DNA from: Yuukianura sp. NJ FZ-2021
Lineage: Eukaryota
Assembly (NCBI GenBank): GCA_046563655.1
Contig: CM102290.1
Coordinates: 11,532,001-11,596,000 of the forward strand
Direction: 5' to 3'
DNA length: 64,000 nucleotides
The position numbers were made by a program, and so were the translations under genes. The notes below the pieces were generated by a model. That model searched no databases. It was not told the DNA's origin and saw only the letters and a list, made by a program, of their open reading frames with translations. Shown here piece after piece: positions 12,583 to 25,600 of this stretch. Numbering within the stretch: the first letter of the stretch is position 1; the number at the start of each line of letters is the position of its first letter.

Positions 12583-15043
12583 GTTTCGAGACGACTTGAC
12601 TTTCATCGGGGGAAGAGCGATCTGTTTGATCCGAATTCGGGCTTCCGTTACCCTCCCCCTCGTCTCCCGCGTTTTCGTGATGGTCAACGTTACAACTATT
12701 CTGACGTTCCCGTTCCCGCTCTTCTTTTGAATTTGAATTTTTCATGGAAGGGGATCCAGCTGTTGGTGAATGTCGCCTCGACCCACTCTGTCCACCGTTC
12801 AGATATGCAGATGATTTCTCTATATAAACAGAGTCACAAATCGATCAAAAATTAGGTCAACATAGGTTCAAGTCATTGTGTCCACCAAGGTTCAACAGAA
12901 AATTAATTTTCATTAACAGGTTGAGCACTACCTCGCTTGTTGACAAAAAATAATGAAAAAAACAAAACAAAACATAAAAATTGGTACCCATTCAGTGCAA
13001 AATTTTTAAAAATTGGCTGTATTGTTATGACTAAGATGATGTCCGGAAATTAAAAGTTTGTGAAAAAAGTGTTTTAGTAAGTGTTTGAAAAGTGTTTTAA
13101 AATGTATTACCCAACCTGTTAAAGAAAATGAAAGTCAACAAACCTTGGCGAACCTTGGCGTTAAAGGCTATTTCCTGGACTACGAGTTTGGGCAAACGGT
13201 GACCTTTGACCTACTGTAACTTTGCATTTGAACGGTAAACTTACCTTGTTGATCAGATCTGAGCTGATCCCTCTGACGACAGTCCATGCCCTGCGACATG
13301 TCGCTTCTACGACCACTGGGCTGGTTGGGTGAAGTAAATGCCGAGGGAAGGCTCTTGAGTTGCGAGGAGTGACTGCTCGAGCCACCCCCGCCCCCGTGAC
13401 CACCCCCGTTGCTACTGCTCGTGTCACTTGATCCTGACGAAGACGTGCTGACCAATGGTCGAAAAGCACCGGAGCTGCCAAAGGGAAAGCGCCCTTCAAG
13501 GGCCGGGTGAAGAAACGGGTTTTGCTGGAGATGAACTAGCTGGGCCGGAAGTCCTCCGAAGGACTCCATCGACCGAAATCCAAATGTAGAAGAAGAGAGG
13601 GTTGATAGGTTAAGGGACTCCTTGGCATCTGAAACCTGTTTTTTCAAAATCCAAATTTTTTAAATCAAAACATTATTTTAGAAAAATCTCGGTGCCTGGA
13701 GCGATCAGAACATCAATCGACGCTTGTTTTCTGCTTGAGTGGGTGCTGGAATGTGCCTAATTTAAAAAACCGAATTCCTGTGAGCTCAAAAACCGAACGT
13801 GACAAAAGGGCTGGAGAGGCTTACGCGGTTATCCTAACAGATGAAGTTCTTTGTCACGTGCGAACAGGCGTCATGACGAGCTTAAAACCTTTCATATTTT
13901 TGAGTTCAAACCTTGGCACTATTTTCAAATTTTTAAAAAAGGAAGTCTTAAAAAAATTCAGACATTCCAAATCTGTTATTTTCGCACTCCACAATACACT
14001 CATTCGGATACTCCAAAACGCAACTATTCCCAAAACTTTTTTTTTTCCAGAATTGCAATGTTCTCCAACATGCACGTCCTTCGTATTTAGAAACTTTAAC
14101 GATCTTCAAATACTTTTTATTTTTTATGACTAAACTTTCATTTGTGTTCTTTGAGTTTAACTTTGAAGTTTGCGGTGCGAGGTGACAATTTGGATTCAAA
14201 ATTTTAAAATATTGAACCCAATAACGAGCATATTTTTATATTCTGTATCTTTTCAGAATAAAAAAAAAGAAAGCTCACTTTTGGTAAATTCAATTTGAGT
14301 TGAGTGGATTTAAGGATCTAAAATGCAAAGGGGGTTGCAAAAGCATTTTGAAAATTCTCTCGTGACTTTTTAGCCAAATGTCTGCTTCACTTTGAAATCA
14401 TATTTTCCCGGGCTAAGCTTAGTGCTTTTCGAAGGTTTACTCTTGGAAACTGTTTCTTATTTTGAACACCGCGTGATCTTTCCATTGGTTTTTATTAAAA
14501 AAATGATGCCAAGTGTCAGAGAGGGGGATCAAGCAGTTTCTGGAACATTTTTTCCTGGAGGGCTCCACTCTAGGTATCTTTGGATTCTGCCAAGTTAAAT
14601 CCCATGTTATAAGTTAGGCTATGTTATAACTCTGTGAATCTCCATCTCCCGTGGATCTCTCACCTATCTTATTAGTATGCTTGGGCGAGCGGTAATTTTG
14701 AAAGGGTTAAAGCCTCACTTAAGTCCTGTAAAATGCCTAACTTTATCACTCCTACTTTACGTTAGGTTTTGGATGGAGGGAGCAAAGGATTATTAGGCAA
14801 TTAAGACGTGGAGGAGCTTCCATCAAGACATTTACGGAATACGAATTGAATTAGGAAACAACGGCGCATGCGCATTAGCCACTTTTTACACACACAAGTC
14901 GTGACTGCACCGAAATAAAAAATTTGCGTTTTTACCTGGGAAGTGAATGGGCGCTGAAGTCGCATTGCTTCGTTGTAACCGGGCTGCGAAAATACCACGA
15001 GTCCTGGCGGAATTGAACTTGGGATGTACGCTGACTCTTCCAT
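12583..15043 (-). CDS. RNF220: E3 ubiquitin ligase RNF220, N-terminal three coding exons (partial; zinc-finger/RING exons not found in the window)
   Basis: Exons 15043-14936, 13635-13245 and 12819-12583 join in frame with GT-AG sites. Translation MEESAYIPSSIPPGLVVFSQ...LVHLQQ...SSGAFRPL...SAFTSP...DRSSPDE follows the motif order I recall from the vertebrate RNF220 N-terminus (MENSSYLPNP.PALMV, LLHLH, GAFRPF, SAFTP, SSPEDR). The ATG directly follows an acceptor (TTTTTAG), implying an upstream UTR exon. Confidence 0.82.
12885..13148. mobile_element. Older MITE-like dispersed repeat, copy 1 (RNF220 intron)
   Basis: Inverted ends TTTTCATTAACAGGTTGAGCACTAC / GTATTACCCAACCTGTTAAAGAAAA and outer CCAAGGTT / AACCTTGG. 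Alignable by eye to 45222-45444. No clear TSD. Confidence 0.7.
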
Positions 15044-15683
15044 CTAAAAAACGAAACAATTTGAAAACATTAGTTAAAAAACCGGATTTCATTTCATTTC
15101 CGATTTCAAAAAGCTTTCTGTTCAAAATTTTTCTCAAATTCCATACCAATAAATTCTCAGGAATTCGACATTTTTTAAAAAATACCTTCTTCTTTTTTTT
15201 TTATTCAACTGTTTACTGTTTCCATTAAAATTTTGAATACCCAGAAGTGCTTTTTATATCTTAATTTTGGTGAGAATAATTTGAAAACAAAAGTAAATCT
15301 ACCTCTAACTACGGTTTTAGTATTTTTTTAATTGAAATACTGCTGAAAACCTTCGTTAGAAGTAAAAATTTTAAAATTCGAAAGCAAGGTTCGAATTCAA
15401 AGTAAATTTGTAAGCTGTACATTCGTAAATCCGTAAATTCACCGAGTTAGAAACGTCACTATTAGTTATTTTGAGTCGAAAATCGTAAGTACTACTGACA
15501 TTGTTTTGGTGTATCGGAGGAGGTCAGAGGTCAAGAGCCCACTTTGCTTAAGTGCCTGCTGTAAAAGGGTAAAGGAGGGGTGGGGTGGGGTGGAACTGTA
15601 CTTAAGACAACAAGGGGTGGGGTGGGGTAGGGATGGGCAGATAACAATAAATGTCACACTCTGGTGCTAATGAAAATCTGAAC

Positions 15684-16615
15684 CAGAGGTGGTAGCCTGC
15701 AGGTAAACCTGCGCAGGCAGCCTGCAGCCTGCAGCCTGCAGTGCAGACGGGCTTAACCCGCGACGGAACTTGCAGGCTGCAGGCGTGCAGGCTATTATTT
15801 GTGAACTCTGCAGGTTAGCGGGTTAGCCTGTAACACTATTGCAGTCGCCTGCAGTTGGCCTGCAGGCTGAGCGTCGGGTGGTTTTTGTCTTTTTGTCTCA
15901 AATTTCAGCTATTTCTCTTTTGTTTTCGCCTCAATCACACGAGCAACAAAAAAATCGAGAGAGGGAACTAACAACGGTCAGCAAAAGTTAAATTTTTTCT
16001 TTCCCTCCCTTTCAAAGAAAGTTTGTAGAGACGCATTTTTTCAGCGACCGTTTATACTATGTCGTACAGACGCACCGAGATTGGAGGAGGAACGCTTTCG
16101 GATTTGACTTTCTTGCACAAAAATTACTAAATGTAAGAATTAAAACAAACTGCGGCGCCGCAAATTAACTGTTTGTTTCCCTAATAAATGGAATTGTTTT
16201 GATATACAGTGGAGAGTGGAACAGTGGAAGCAATGAACAAAAGACAAGAACCGGGAAAAATTTGAAAACCATCCACTAATAAGGATGGGCCCAGTCATCG
16301 CAACTTTGTACAGTTCCAGTCCCTACCACTAATCAAATTAATTTAATAGAGTAGGTTAACTGGAAACTTGGAAAAACAATAAAAAAAAACTAAGTTTCAA
16401 TGGCTATCACATTCAACTTTGTTTATAAAAAGTTTTGCAGGCTGACTGCAGGCAGCCTGCGCAGGCTGCAGGCTGGCCTGCCGAAGACCCTTGCAGGTGC
16501 AGGCGTGCAGGCTGCCGATTTTCGATAATTTTGCGGGCTGCAGGCGTGCAGGCTAAAAATTCCTGCAGTGCAGGCGGGGCGGGTTGGGGAAAATAGTTGC
16601 AGGCTACCACCTCTG
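15684..16615. mobile_element. Non-autonomous hAT-superfamily DNA transposon (932 bp)
   Basis: Perfect 18-bp TIR CAGAGGTGGTAGCCTGCA / TGCAGGCTACCACCTCTG. Identical 8-bp TSD ATCTGAAC at 15676-15683 and 16616-16623. Dense subterminal CTGCAG/GCCTGC repeats at both ends around an AT-rich non-coding core. Confidence 0.93.
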
Positions 16616-18891
16616 ATCTGAACTTACAGGAACTTTTCATTTGGATGTGCCGACCCTATATAAGTAAAGAAGAGGCTCCATTTTTGTAAAAGGTTATTTC
16701 AAATCTACCCGCCAAACCACTCACTCTTCCCTCCATCATCACGCACAGCCCATTCTGAGTGGACTCACTTTGCCCCAAGTAATTGACACACTCCACTCCC
16801 CTCCTAACCAAACAAAGTTACAATTTAGATTAACACTAAATTGGGAAACCACTTTGTTTGACTAATGCAACTCAGTTGGATTCAGAAGAGTCACCAGGGA
16901 TCCATAGGCTCTGTTTCAAACAAACTTCACTTCTGTCCACTTCTGTTCAAACACAAGTGGAAAATAAAAACATTTGGTCACTTTTGACTTCCAAACCAAA
17001 ACAACTTAATCGGATTCCTTTGAACACTTCAATTCTTGAAATTGAACTGTGAACTTTCAAAACCAAAAATTTCGAATGTATATTTAAAACAAAAAATTTT
17101 CTTGCCCAAAGAAAGTTGTTGGGGACAGTGACTGCGTTAACTTTGATTGAAAAGTAGAAAATCTGTTACACAAACTTTCAGAGTTGAAAACTTACAAATT
17201 TGTGAAAAAACTACGAAAAATTTCAATAACGTTTTTAGTTAAGGCTGAGTTGATCTCTGCTGTAACGACATTAAAAATCCGAGAACAACTAAGCGTGCTT
17301 GAATCTTTTCAAAGAAGCTGTAGAAATTTGCATTTGAACACACAACTTTGATTTTAGTTTTTAACATTGTACAAATGTACCGAAAATTACCACAATTATA
17401 AAACTTTGTTTATGTAGCGATTGATTTAAAGTTTGCTTTTAAATAAACAAAAAAGTACAAAAGAAATCTGATGCCAATATTGTTTTCAAAATCAAAAGCT
17501 CCATAAAGTGAGCTCCAAAATCGCTAGCCTGTGTTTTTCTACACAAAATATGCGATAAGTTTAGCTTTATTTACAAAAGAAAAAAAAACTAGAGATTTTA
17601 TATAAGATTTCAAAAAAAACGTAAATTTGGAACTGGAGAGTTGAAAATTTTTGAAAACGAATTTTTGTAAAAACTGCTCAAAAGAAAATGCACCGCAAGT
17701 TCCTAAGTTTTGAGATGTTGTTGTTTGTTTTGAAAATTAACAGAAATAATTCAATTCTCGTTTGAGCCAAACCTCAAAGTAAAAACATTTTAAAGAACAA
17801 AATTTTTAAGAAGAAAAGATCAGCTCCAAAGTTTTTGAAAAAAAGGCAAATTTTCCACTGTGCACTTAGCTCAGAAAAAGTCTGTCCAAAAAACTTTATG
17901 TAAGAACAGAGGTTTTGTTCCTGTTTCGGGGGTTGTTGAGTGAAAAGCTTTCTCCAAAGTGTTTCTCACCCTCTCAGGGGAAAAAGCCTTGTTTCACACA
18001 CCAAGTTTCACTCGAAAGTGCTGCAGACACTTCCAAACAGTTTGTCTTGAGATCGGGGTCAAATTTGAGGTCAAGTGTGTCCCAACCCCAAAACCCAGCG
18101 TTCATAACTCCCAATTTGTGTCAAGGGAGGGAGGAGGAGGAGGGCGTGGGACAGCCAAACTCGTGTTTCAGGAAGACTTTTAGTTACTCCCTCCAGAAGT
18201 TGGGACTTGAATGAAAATTAACGAGACTGACTCCCCGGTGGACCACGAAAGGATTTTGCGATGAAACAATTGCTAGGCTACGAAGTATTTGGATTGTATT
18301 ATGTTTGCTAACCAGAAATTTAGAGCGATTGGACATAGTCGGGCGAAGTGCCAGAGCTGGACTGATCGTTTTTGTCCACTCCCGCTCCGAAATCTGAGAC
18401 TTCCACTTGTCTCCCGGGTAACTGTCAATCCTTCTTTCTTCCGGAAAACAAAAATAGGCTATGCAGAGTCCAACAATTTTCTGGAAGAGAACTCACGAGA
18501 ACGAGTAGACTGACTGGCAGTCGTGACAAAAGGGAAATAAAAGGATTCTGTTGAGGATCCAATCCATCTACCATACTAACGTAGCATTTCAACACCAAGA
18601 ACAGGATCAAGGAACCGAACCCACCACCACCACCACTTACAACCCACTTACACCCGATTCCAACCACCAACCATCCTAACATACTCTTCAAATTCAAATT
18701 CCCCCGCGCAAGCTTTCTCCATCATTCACAAACTCAATTCAAAGGGAAAAGCGGACCCACGGGGTGGACAAGGAGCGGTCAAGCTCAGTTTTTCGACAAT
18801 ACCTAAAGTTAACTAGCAATGATGAGCTGGACGGAGAAACATTAAGTTAACATAGCGTAGTATTTACCTTCATGATGCGATTGAATCGCCC

Positions 18892-18906
18892 GAGGTCATT
18901 GACCTC
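18892..18906. promoter_or_regulatory. Perfect IR-1 nuclear-receptor palindrome upstream of the RNF220 coding exons
   Basis: GAGGTCATTGACCTC, followed by palindrome CTCTGCTGCAGCAGAG and another TGACCT half-site. Confidence 0.45.
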
Positions 18907-21503
18907 TGCTGCAGCAGAGCTTGACCTGTGAAGCAGAAACTTAACTGTCCAAAGATAAACTTGTCAAGACGTTAGGTTTTGAACTTTTTTTGATGAGATT
19001 GTTAAAACCGAGGTACGCCGATTGTTGATTAAGTTGAAGTAGGATATGATTGGTCGACTAAGTTAATCAAGCACTTTCTCCAACTTTTATGTTAGTTTCG
19101 GTTAAGCTGTGAACTCATCGCTGTTGAATCTAAAAACAATAAGTTGATTACTTTTACTACTCGCGAGCTACCAGAACTGACCAAACTCGCCTGAGTTACA
19201 TTGACACACTGAACGAAGTGACAGAAACAGCACTTTCAAAAACTGAAATTTGTGACAGGGGCCTTAAGTGTTATTGGCCGGCGGCCAAGGGCTCCTTTCT
19301 GTTTTTGACACAAAGTTGCTGTGCACTTAGCGTCGTTGTGTCTGCTGTGGTCGTTTGGTCCTTGAAGGCCCTCCGCTATAAGCCTCCCTGGAGTGATCGC
19401 AAGTGGATACTGAAGAGAGAAGTGAGATGATGACACGGGTGTCATGTCATCATGAATAGCTGATCTCGACGTGTAATGAGGCCCATTACATTCCCTCCAA
19501 GTACCCCCGGCCCCTTTGGCGTATCACAATAAGGGACACAGTACTCCTTTTCACAACGGCAGCTGAGCCTGACGTTTCTGGATTTTGAATCGGTTAGGTT
19601 AGGCTAGCCTAAAGTGACAAAGGGGTTCTGGACTTGGAAGCAGGCTATTCAAGGGCCCTGGAATGAAAGTGACAGGGGCCTAATCCGCTGAGAAGGGGAC
19701 TTTGTGACTTTGAGTCAGGCGGGTAATGTCGTGTTGACTCTTTGGCTGCAGTACAGTATGTGGCCCTTTAAGGGTCCCCTCTATCCGACTCACTGACTTC
19801 TTCTGCCTTGACTCTTTTCAAAATAAAACTTTTCATTTCGGTTTTCAATGAAAGCGATCCTGTTTTTGAAAGTTCCCTCCTCTCTTCGACACTGCGTTCT
19901 TAATCCCAATACAAATAGCATGGTACACAGCTCATGCTTTAGCTTTTGACTTAGCAGTGGACAGTGACATGGCTAAGGGCCTTCACCTGCAAAAGAACAC
20001 ACGATTGACAGCAATGGTCAGCTTGAAGTACTCCAGTTAAGGGAGGGGGGTACTTGAGGATAGTAAAGGGTTAGCCGGAGGGGGTCAGAGTAGGTTTACA
20101 GAGCATGTCAAGTTGATGAGAGGCAGGAGGGGGTACTTAAGGCTACCGTATGCAGTAAGGTCACCACCCAGAAGTCTTCTTTTGTCTCATCCAAGCTTGT
20201 TAGGAAGGGAGGGCCCTTGAAGGTGTGAGAACATAGCCCTGCCTTTCCACCAACATGAATCATCTCATCATCTTATTTACTTACAATGGAAAACAACAAC
20301 AATGGAGTTTACTTTCCATTCATTCCGTGTCATTCTTAAAAGCAGAATTTCATACGTTTACATGAAATGGAATTTACACTTTTTTGAAATTTTGAATTTT
20401 ATTTTTTACTTTGCAATTTTTCTACAAGATTGGTGAAAGTTTCGAAAATCAACCTGCAACGCTCCAAGCGTCAACAAAGTTAGGGATTGCAAAAGACATT
20501 TTGTTCAAAAATGAGATTACTATACTTTAGTTTTTTTTTATGAAACAAACAAAATTTTCATATAAAAGAAATGTATTTCTTTTTCAAAATTTCATGTTTG
20601 CTATGTTTTAATTTTTGAAAAATTAAAAAAGTGCGTTAGAATGGCATAGTGGAACTTCTGATGAAGATGGTGATAAAAGTTCCTTGTAATTTTGTTACTT
20701 TGTTGCTGGTCGGAGTGTCATAACATGAATCTTTTGATTTTCGTGTGTCGTACGGTCGTTGATCTTTGACAAAGGTAATGCCATCGGAACCGTGATGAGC
20801 ATTTAGTCATCACACTGTGAACACCATCAACACATTCTATGAAGTCATTAAAATTACACTGCAGAGTTTTTAAGTTCTTGGAGCCCTTAAGGGCTGGATG
20901 GCGTCATAAGGGTATTATGCACAGCCCAGCCCCGAGAATGAGTGATTAAAAAAATTTTTTTCAGCAGAAATTGACAAAAAGTTTCAACGTAAATTTGAAG
21001 GTCAAATTGAAATTTCTAATTTAAAGGTAAACATTTTTTTCAGTTTCGACTTTCACTTTTGTGTTACCTAAAATTATGAATTGTTTTTACCCAATCAAAA
21101 ACAAACAAGGAAAAAAACCGTCATTTCTTGTACATATGTACATAAAACATCTTAGAATAACATAATTAAGTATAAATACAATATAATACATATAATAAAT
21201 TAATAATATAATGTAAATCATAAAGTAATATGATACTGGCATGCATCTGTAAAGTTATGGCGTCTCTGAAATGGACGTCATAAAATCTCGAAATGACGCT
21301 TCTGATTCAGCGATTTTTTGATCAATCGTCAATTCTTCAGGGAATGTTTATAGTTATAATTTTTGAACTTCATCAAGACAAAGTTGCAAGTTCGCATCAC
21401 GAATCACTAGAAGTGATGGCATGATAGAAGTTGGAACTTATGCTGTAATAGTGTAGTTTGGAACGGAAATGGACGGTAGTTAAGTTATACTTTGTTTAAG
21501 TTA

Positions 21504-21698
21504 AGGACCTGTCACCAACAAAATTACCAAATTTATAGAAGCATTAAGATAAACAAAAAACTAAAAAGAAGCGTCAAACTTCATTTCAGCCTGCTAACCA
21601 ACCGTATGCCTACGTTTGGACAAATAGGTTGATTTTTATTAGATGCTTTATTAACACTATTGTCTCTCAAGTTGTTGAATTTTCTGCAGACAGGTCCC
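21504..21698. mobile_element. Possible degenerate Tourist/PIF-type MITE
   Basis: Ends AGGACCTGTCAC..AAAATT and AATTTTCTGCAGACAGGTCCC. Flanked by TTA and TAA, so the putative TSD is imperfect. Confidence 0.4.
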
Positions 21699-22609
21699 TA
21701 AACATAAAAAAATTGCAGTTAAAAAAATTGGCAAAACTGCAATTTCAGCCATCATCTTAATGTGGTTTATGGCTGAGAGAGGTCATGTGAGGTCAAGAGA
21801 TCAAGAAACAAAAAAGTAGACAAAAAGTACTTCCAAACTTTACAAAAAATTGTTCATGTTTTGGCATTTCGCCCAGTGAGTCCTTTATACAGTTTCCACC
21901 CTCTTGTGGCAACTCCATTCACTACAGGCTGCTCTAACGGACAACCTAATCTGTGCTAACTGCTACACATAAAATATTTGTGCAATTTACGAAATTTTTT
22001 GATATTTTTTATCGATTCTCCCCAATAAATCTGGTAGTTGAATTCTAAATTGAAGGCTAATTTAAGTAGAACCATAAAATGAAATAATTTTTACACAACA
22101 CTGAATTTTCGAATAAGAAATTTCAAAAACGAATTTGAATTTTGCTATGCTAGGTTAAGTTTTCTCATTGGTTTGTAAAGGACTTTAATATTACAATATT
22201 AGCCCAATGTTGATAATAACACCAAGTTAACGATCCCTTAAGTTAATTTATTTTGATTATGATTTTACATTATTTGATAAAATTGCTTTTACATTATTGA
22301 TTTACACCGTTTTTCTTTGGTTCAGCCAGCAATCAATTAAATCTGGATTAAGTTTAATTAAGATTAATTTTAAGTACACTACTTACCTAATTAACATAAC
22401 TAAAATTTATAAAGAAAGTAATTAAATTGTTGTTAGCTAAGTTTACCATCCCGCAGTAACCCTGCCATTCAAAGTTAAACAAATTATGAAAATACTCGGA
22501 ATCTCAGTAAAGTTATGGTGAGTTAGATTAAGCTAAGATTATGTTTAATTAGGTTTGAATTAATTAACATTTTCCACTTCCTGCTGACTCAGACATAGAT
22601 GACACTTCC

Positions 22610-25600
22610 TTATGACGAATCGTCTGAAAGAATGCTAGAGACGCTGACGGAGCGTCCTTGGTCTGGGGAGTAGCCCTCCTTCTCCTGCCCTGCACCATAT
22701 GACGCAGAGATGTGCGACTGACAAAGAATAATATATTATTAATATATTATTATATTCATATAAAATAATTAATTAAAATCAATAGTTACCTCAGATCTGT
22801 GTCCCTTGACTACACCCACTTTCCGCCACTTGGCCCTTCTGTTCTGAAACCAAGTTTTGACTTGTCGATCTGTCAACTTCAGCGCCTGTGCCAATCGCTT
22901 CCGATCGTTAGCATGCAAGTACTTGTGGTCTAGGAATTCCTTTTCCAGGCGTGCTGTCTGCGCAGCAGCAAACCGAACTTGACCTCCCTTCCGCTTACTT
23001 CCCAAAATCAGAGGTCGTCCATTATACGCATCTGAAAACGAAAGTCAAAAGAAAATTTTGAATTAAAAAAAAACACTTTCAATACACTGTTTTGTCTGTT
23101 TTTTTTAAAACTATTTTTTAAATTTATTTTTTGAATCAGCTCATCACGACTTCTGAACTTTAGGAGATTCCGAAATCTTAAACCTCCTCCAAAGTAGAAA
23201 TTTTTGCGTATGGGCATACAAAAGTGTAAAAATGTGTGAAATTTTACGTCGTGCTCGTGATATTGAAATTTTCGAAAATTCAAAACCAATCAAAATACAA
23301 AGATGTGCATCCCATTATGCAAGATTTTGAGACGGGACCACCATGATGTGGTCAGTAGAAACCAAAATTCAGAATCCAGTATAAAATCAAATTCAAAAAT
23401 CCATTTGTCGTTTCATTTTTTTTTTCAATTTTTTTAACACTATACCTACCGCTACGCGGTTAGCGGTAGGTAGCGGTGTTTTGTGATAAGATAGACAGCT
23501 TGCGCCTGAATTGCTTGTTTCTCGACACTTGGAACATGATGGAGGATTGGATGACAATTTGTCAATTGCCAAAGGCAAACATGACTGTTCTGAATTAAGT
23601 GCTCATTTAGTCCAACTTGTGTGTCCCGGGATATGTAATGTGACATTTGACCCAGTACTTACGGAGTGTTAAGTGACGGTCTGATAAGCGTCGCTGATTC
23701 GCTGCATGAAAACAGATAGGAGGAGTAGCGGTTTTAGGTTAGGTGCTTAGACAAACGATTCTAATCGAAACCTTTAATAATAGTGTCACAATCACTTAAT
23801 CCCAAAGTCATCAAAAGCCTCAAAAGTTGGTTCACTCTTGTACCAAATCATATCTTTCGTCACGCTTTGTTCAAACACAAAAAGCCGACTTTCAATTTCA
23901 AAATGTTTTGAAAACCAAAGTTTCGTAGGTTATACTGCTACAATTTGTATTCAAAAATTAAGGAATTTTCGTTTCAATGTAAATGAAATTTGAGTTTTTT
24001 AATAATTCTGACTCCTGTGTAATACTTCAGTATGTGGTTGGTAAATTGGTGCGAGGATGACGTAAAGTCCGTAAATATGGCACTTGGAATGATGTATAAA
24101 AAATTTAATGTTCTGATTTGGAACAATTGTTGACAAATTTGGTTTATCTAAATCCGAAATGGTGCAATTGGATGCTGGAATAGTTGGATCAATTGGTAGA
24201 GTGTAGTGGGGATTAAGATTACGTTTTCCTTTGACCTCAGCCGCCCACTCAACGAACAGCAGCCAACTACGCTCCGCCTAATGCCACTACCAACCATTGA
24301 CGACACTGGTTTAGGTTAGGCTAAACGAACGCGTTTTCTTATCAACGACACTTCGAACTTAACGCAAACAAACGCCAACTTACAATGGAGTGTTCACACC
24401 TTGTTCGACACTGGGCATACACGCATGTTCTTCTATTTAGTTATGTCCCTCAACTGGATCGAGGAAAACATCACGCTTAGTACAAGAAATTTACGTAATA
24501 AAATCATGTCAACACCAAATATGTAAACAAGGCAAAAAGCTAAACACATGTTAAGCATAATACATGCATTAAACACGGTTTATGCACATAAACATTAATG
24601 CGTACGTAATGCGTTTTGTTTTATTTTTGATGTTGACGTGTTTGTAAGTACTTTACGTTCATGTGTGTTGTTTATGCGTTGTATGTTTATGTGTTTTGCT
24701 TTTGCGTGTGTAGTTTGTTTATGTTTAATATTTGTATTGTTTGTCACTTTCGTATTTGTGTTTATCTCTTTAGGTGTGTAATATCGATATATGCTTGGTT
24801 TACTGCAATTAGTGACTTTGTTTCGCACGTGACGTTACAAGACGTGAACACACAAAAGACGTGCAAAAGTCCACGTATTTGTTCAGAATAATGTGCCTAA
24901 TGTTTTGAGTTTCTACGGCTTTGGTGTTTGCCTGTTTGGTGTTGATATTTTTTGTTTCGGTGTTTTTGGTGCTTACGCAGTACTATGTACTTACTATGTG
25001 TATTTTTGAAGTTTGAAATGGTTTGCGTCATTGGTGGGCAGGGAATATTAAATACTAATTAGCAAGTTGGTAATAGCAACTGTATTACCGCACTACCTTG
25101 GCGGAACGATTGAACATGATAGGAGGATCGGAATTAGTATTTTTTTCTATTCCTGGAACGATGGCTTAAGATTATAGTTAAGCTGGATTTATGGTTTCAA
25201 TTCACCCAAAATACAAAATGCATTAAGAGGTGATAAGTGTAAAACAATAAATCAATCACACCAATCGGGATTAACTTGTTAACAACTGTATTGTATCTGA
25301 GACCATCGCTACGTCTATTGCAAACTATTACAGGAACATTCGTCAACATCATGCTGCTAAATTGGCCCATAAGCTCGTTTTTGAAAAAAATATGTACACA
25401 AAATTATGTTTTGTGCAACAGTGAAGATTTTGAAAACTTTGGATTTCCAAAGTGAGTTAAAATTAGGTTCGAACTTTACTAGCAATGAAAAATTTTTCAA
25501 AGAAAAACTCTCGTCTGCAAGAACTCAATACAGAACTTTTTCTTTGTAATTTAAGAGAATTTTTTTTGAAGTTGCTCAGCTCACAGTGACTTCAAGCCAT

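Noticed and set aside
13180..13647. Low-complexity ORF first suspected to be a second homeobox gene exon
   Set aside because: It splices in frame with flanking exons and matches RNF220 N-terminal motifs; no homeodomain follows.
16413..16640. Ala/Cys/Gln-rich ORF
   Set aside because: Derived from the hAT subterminal CTGCAG repeats.
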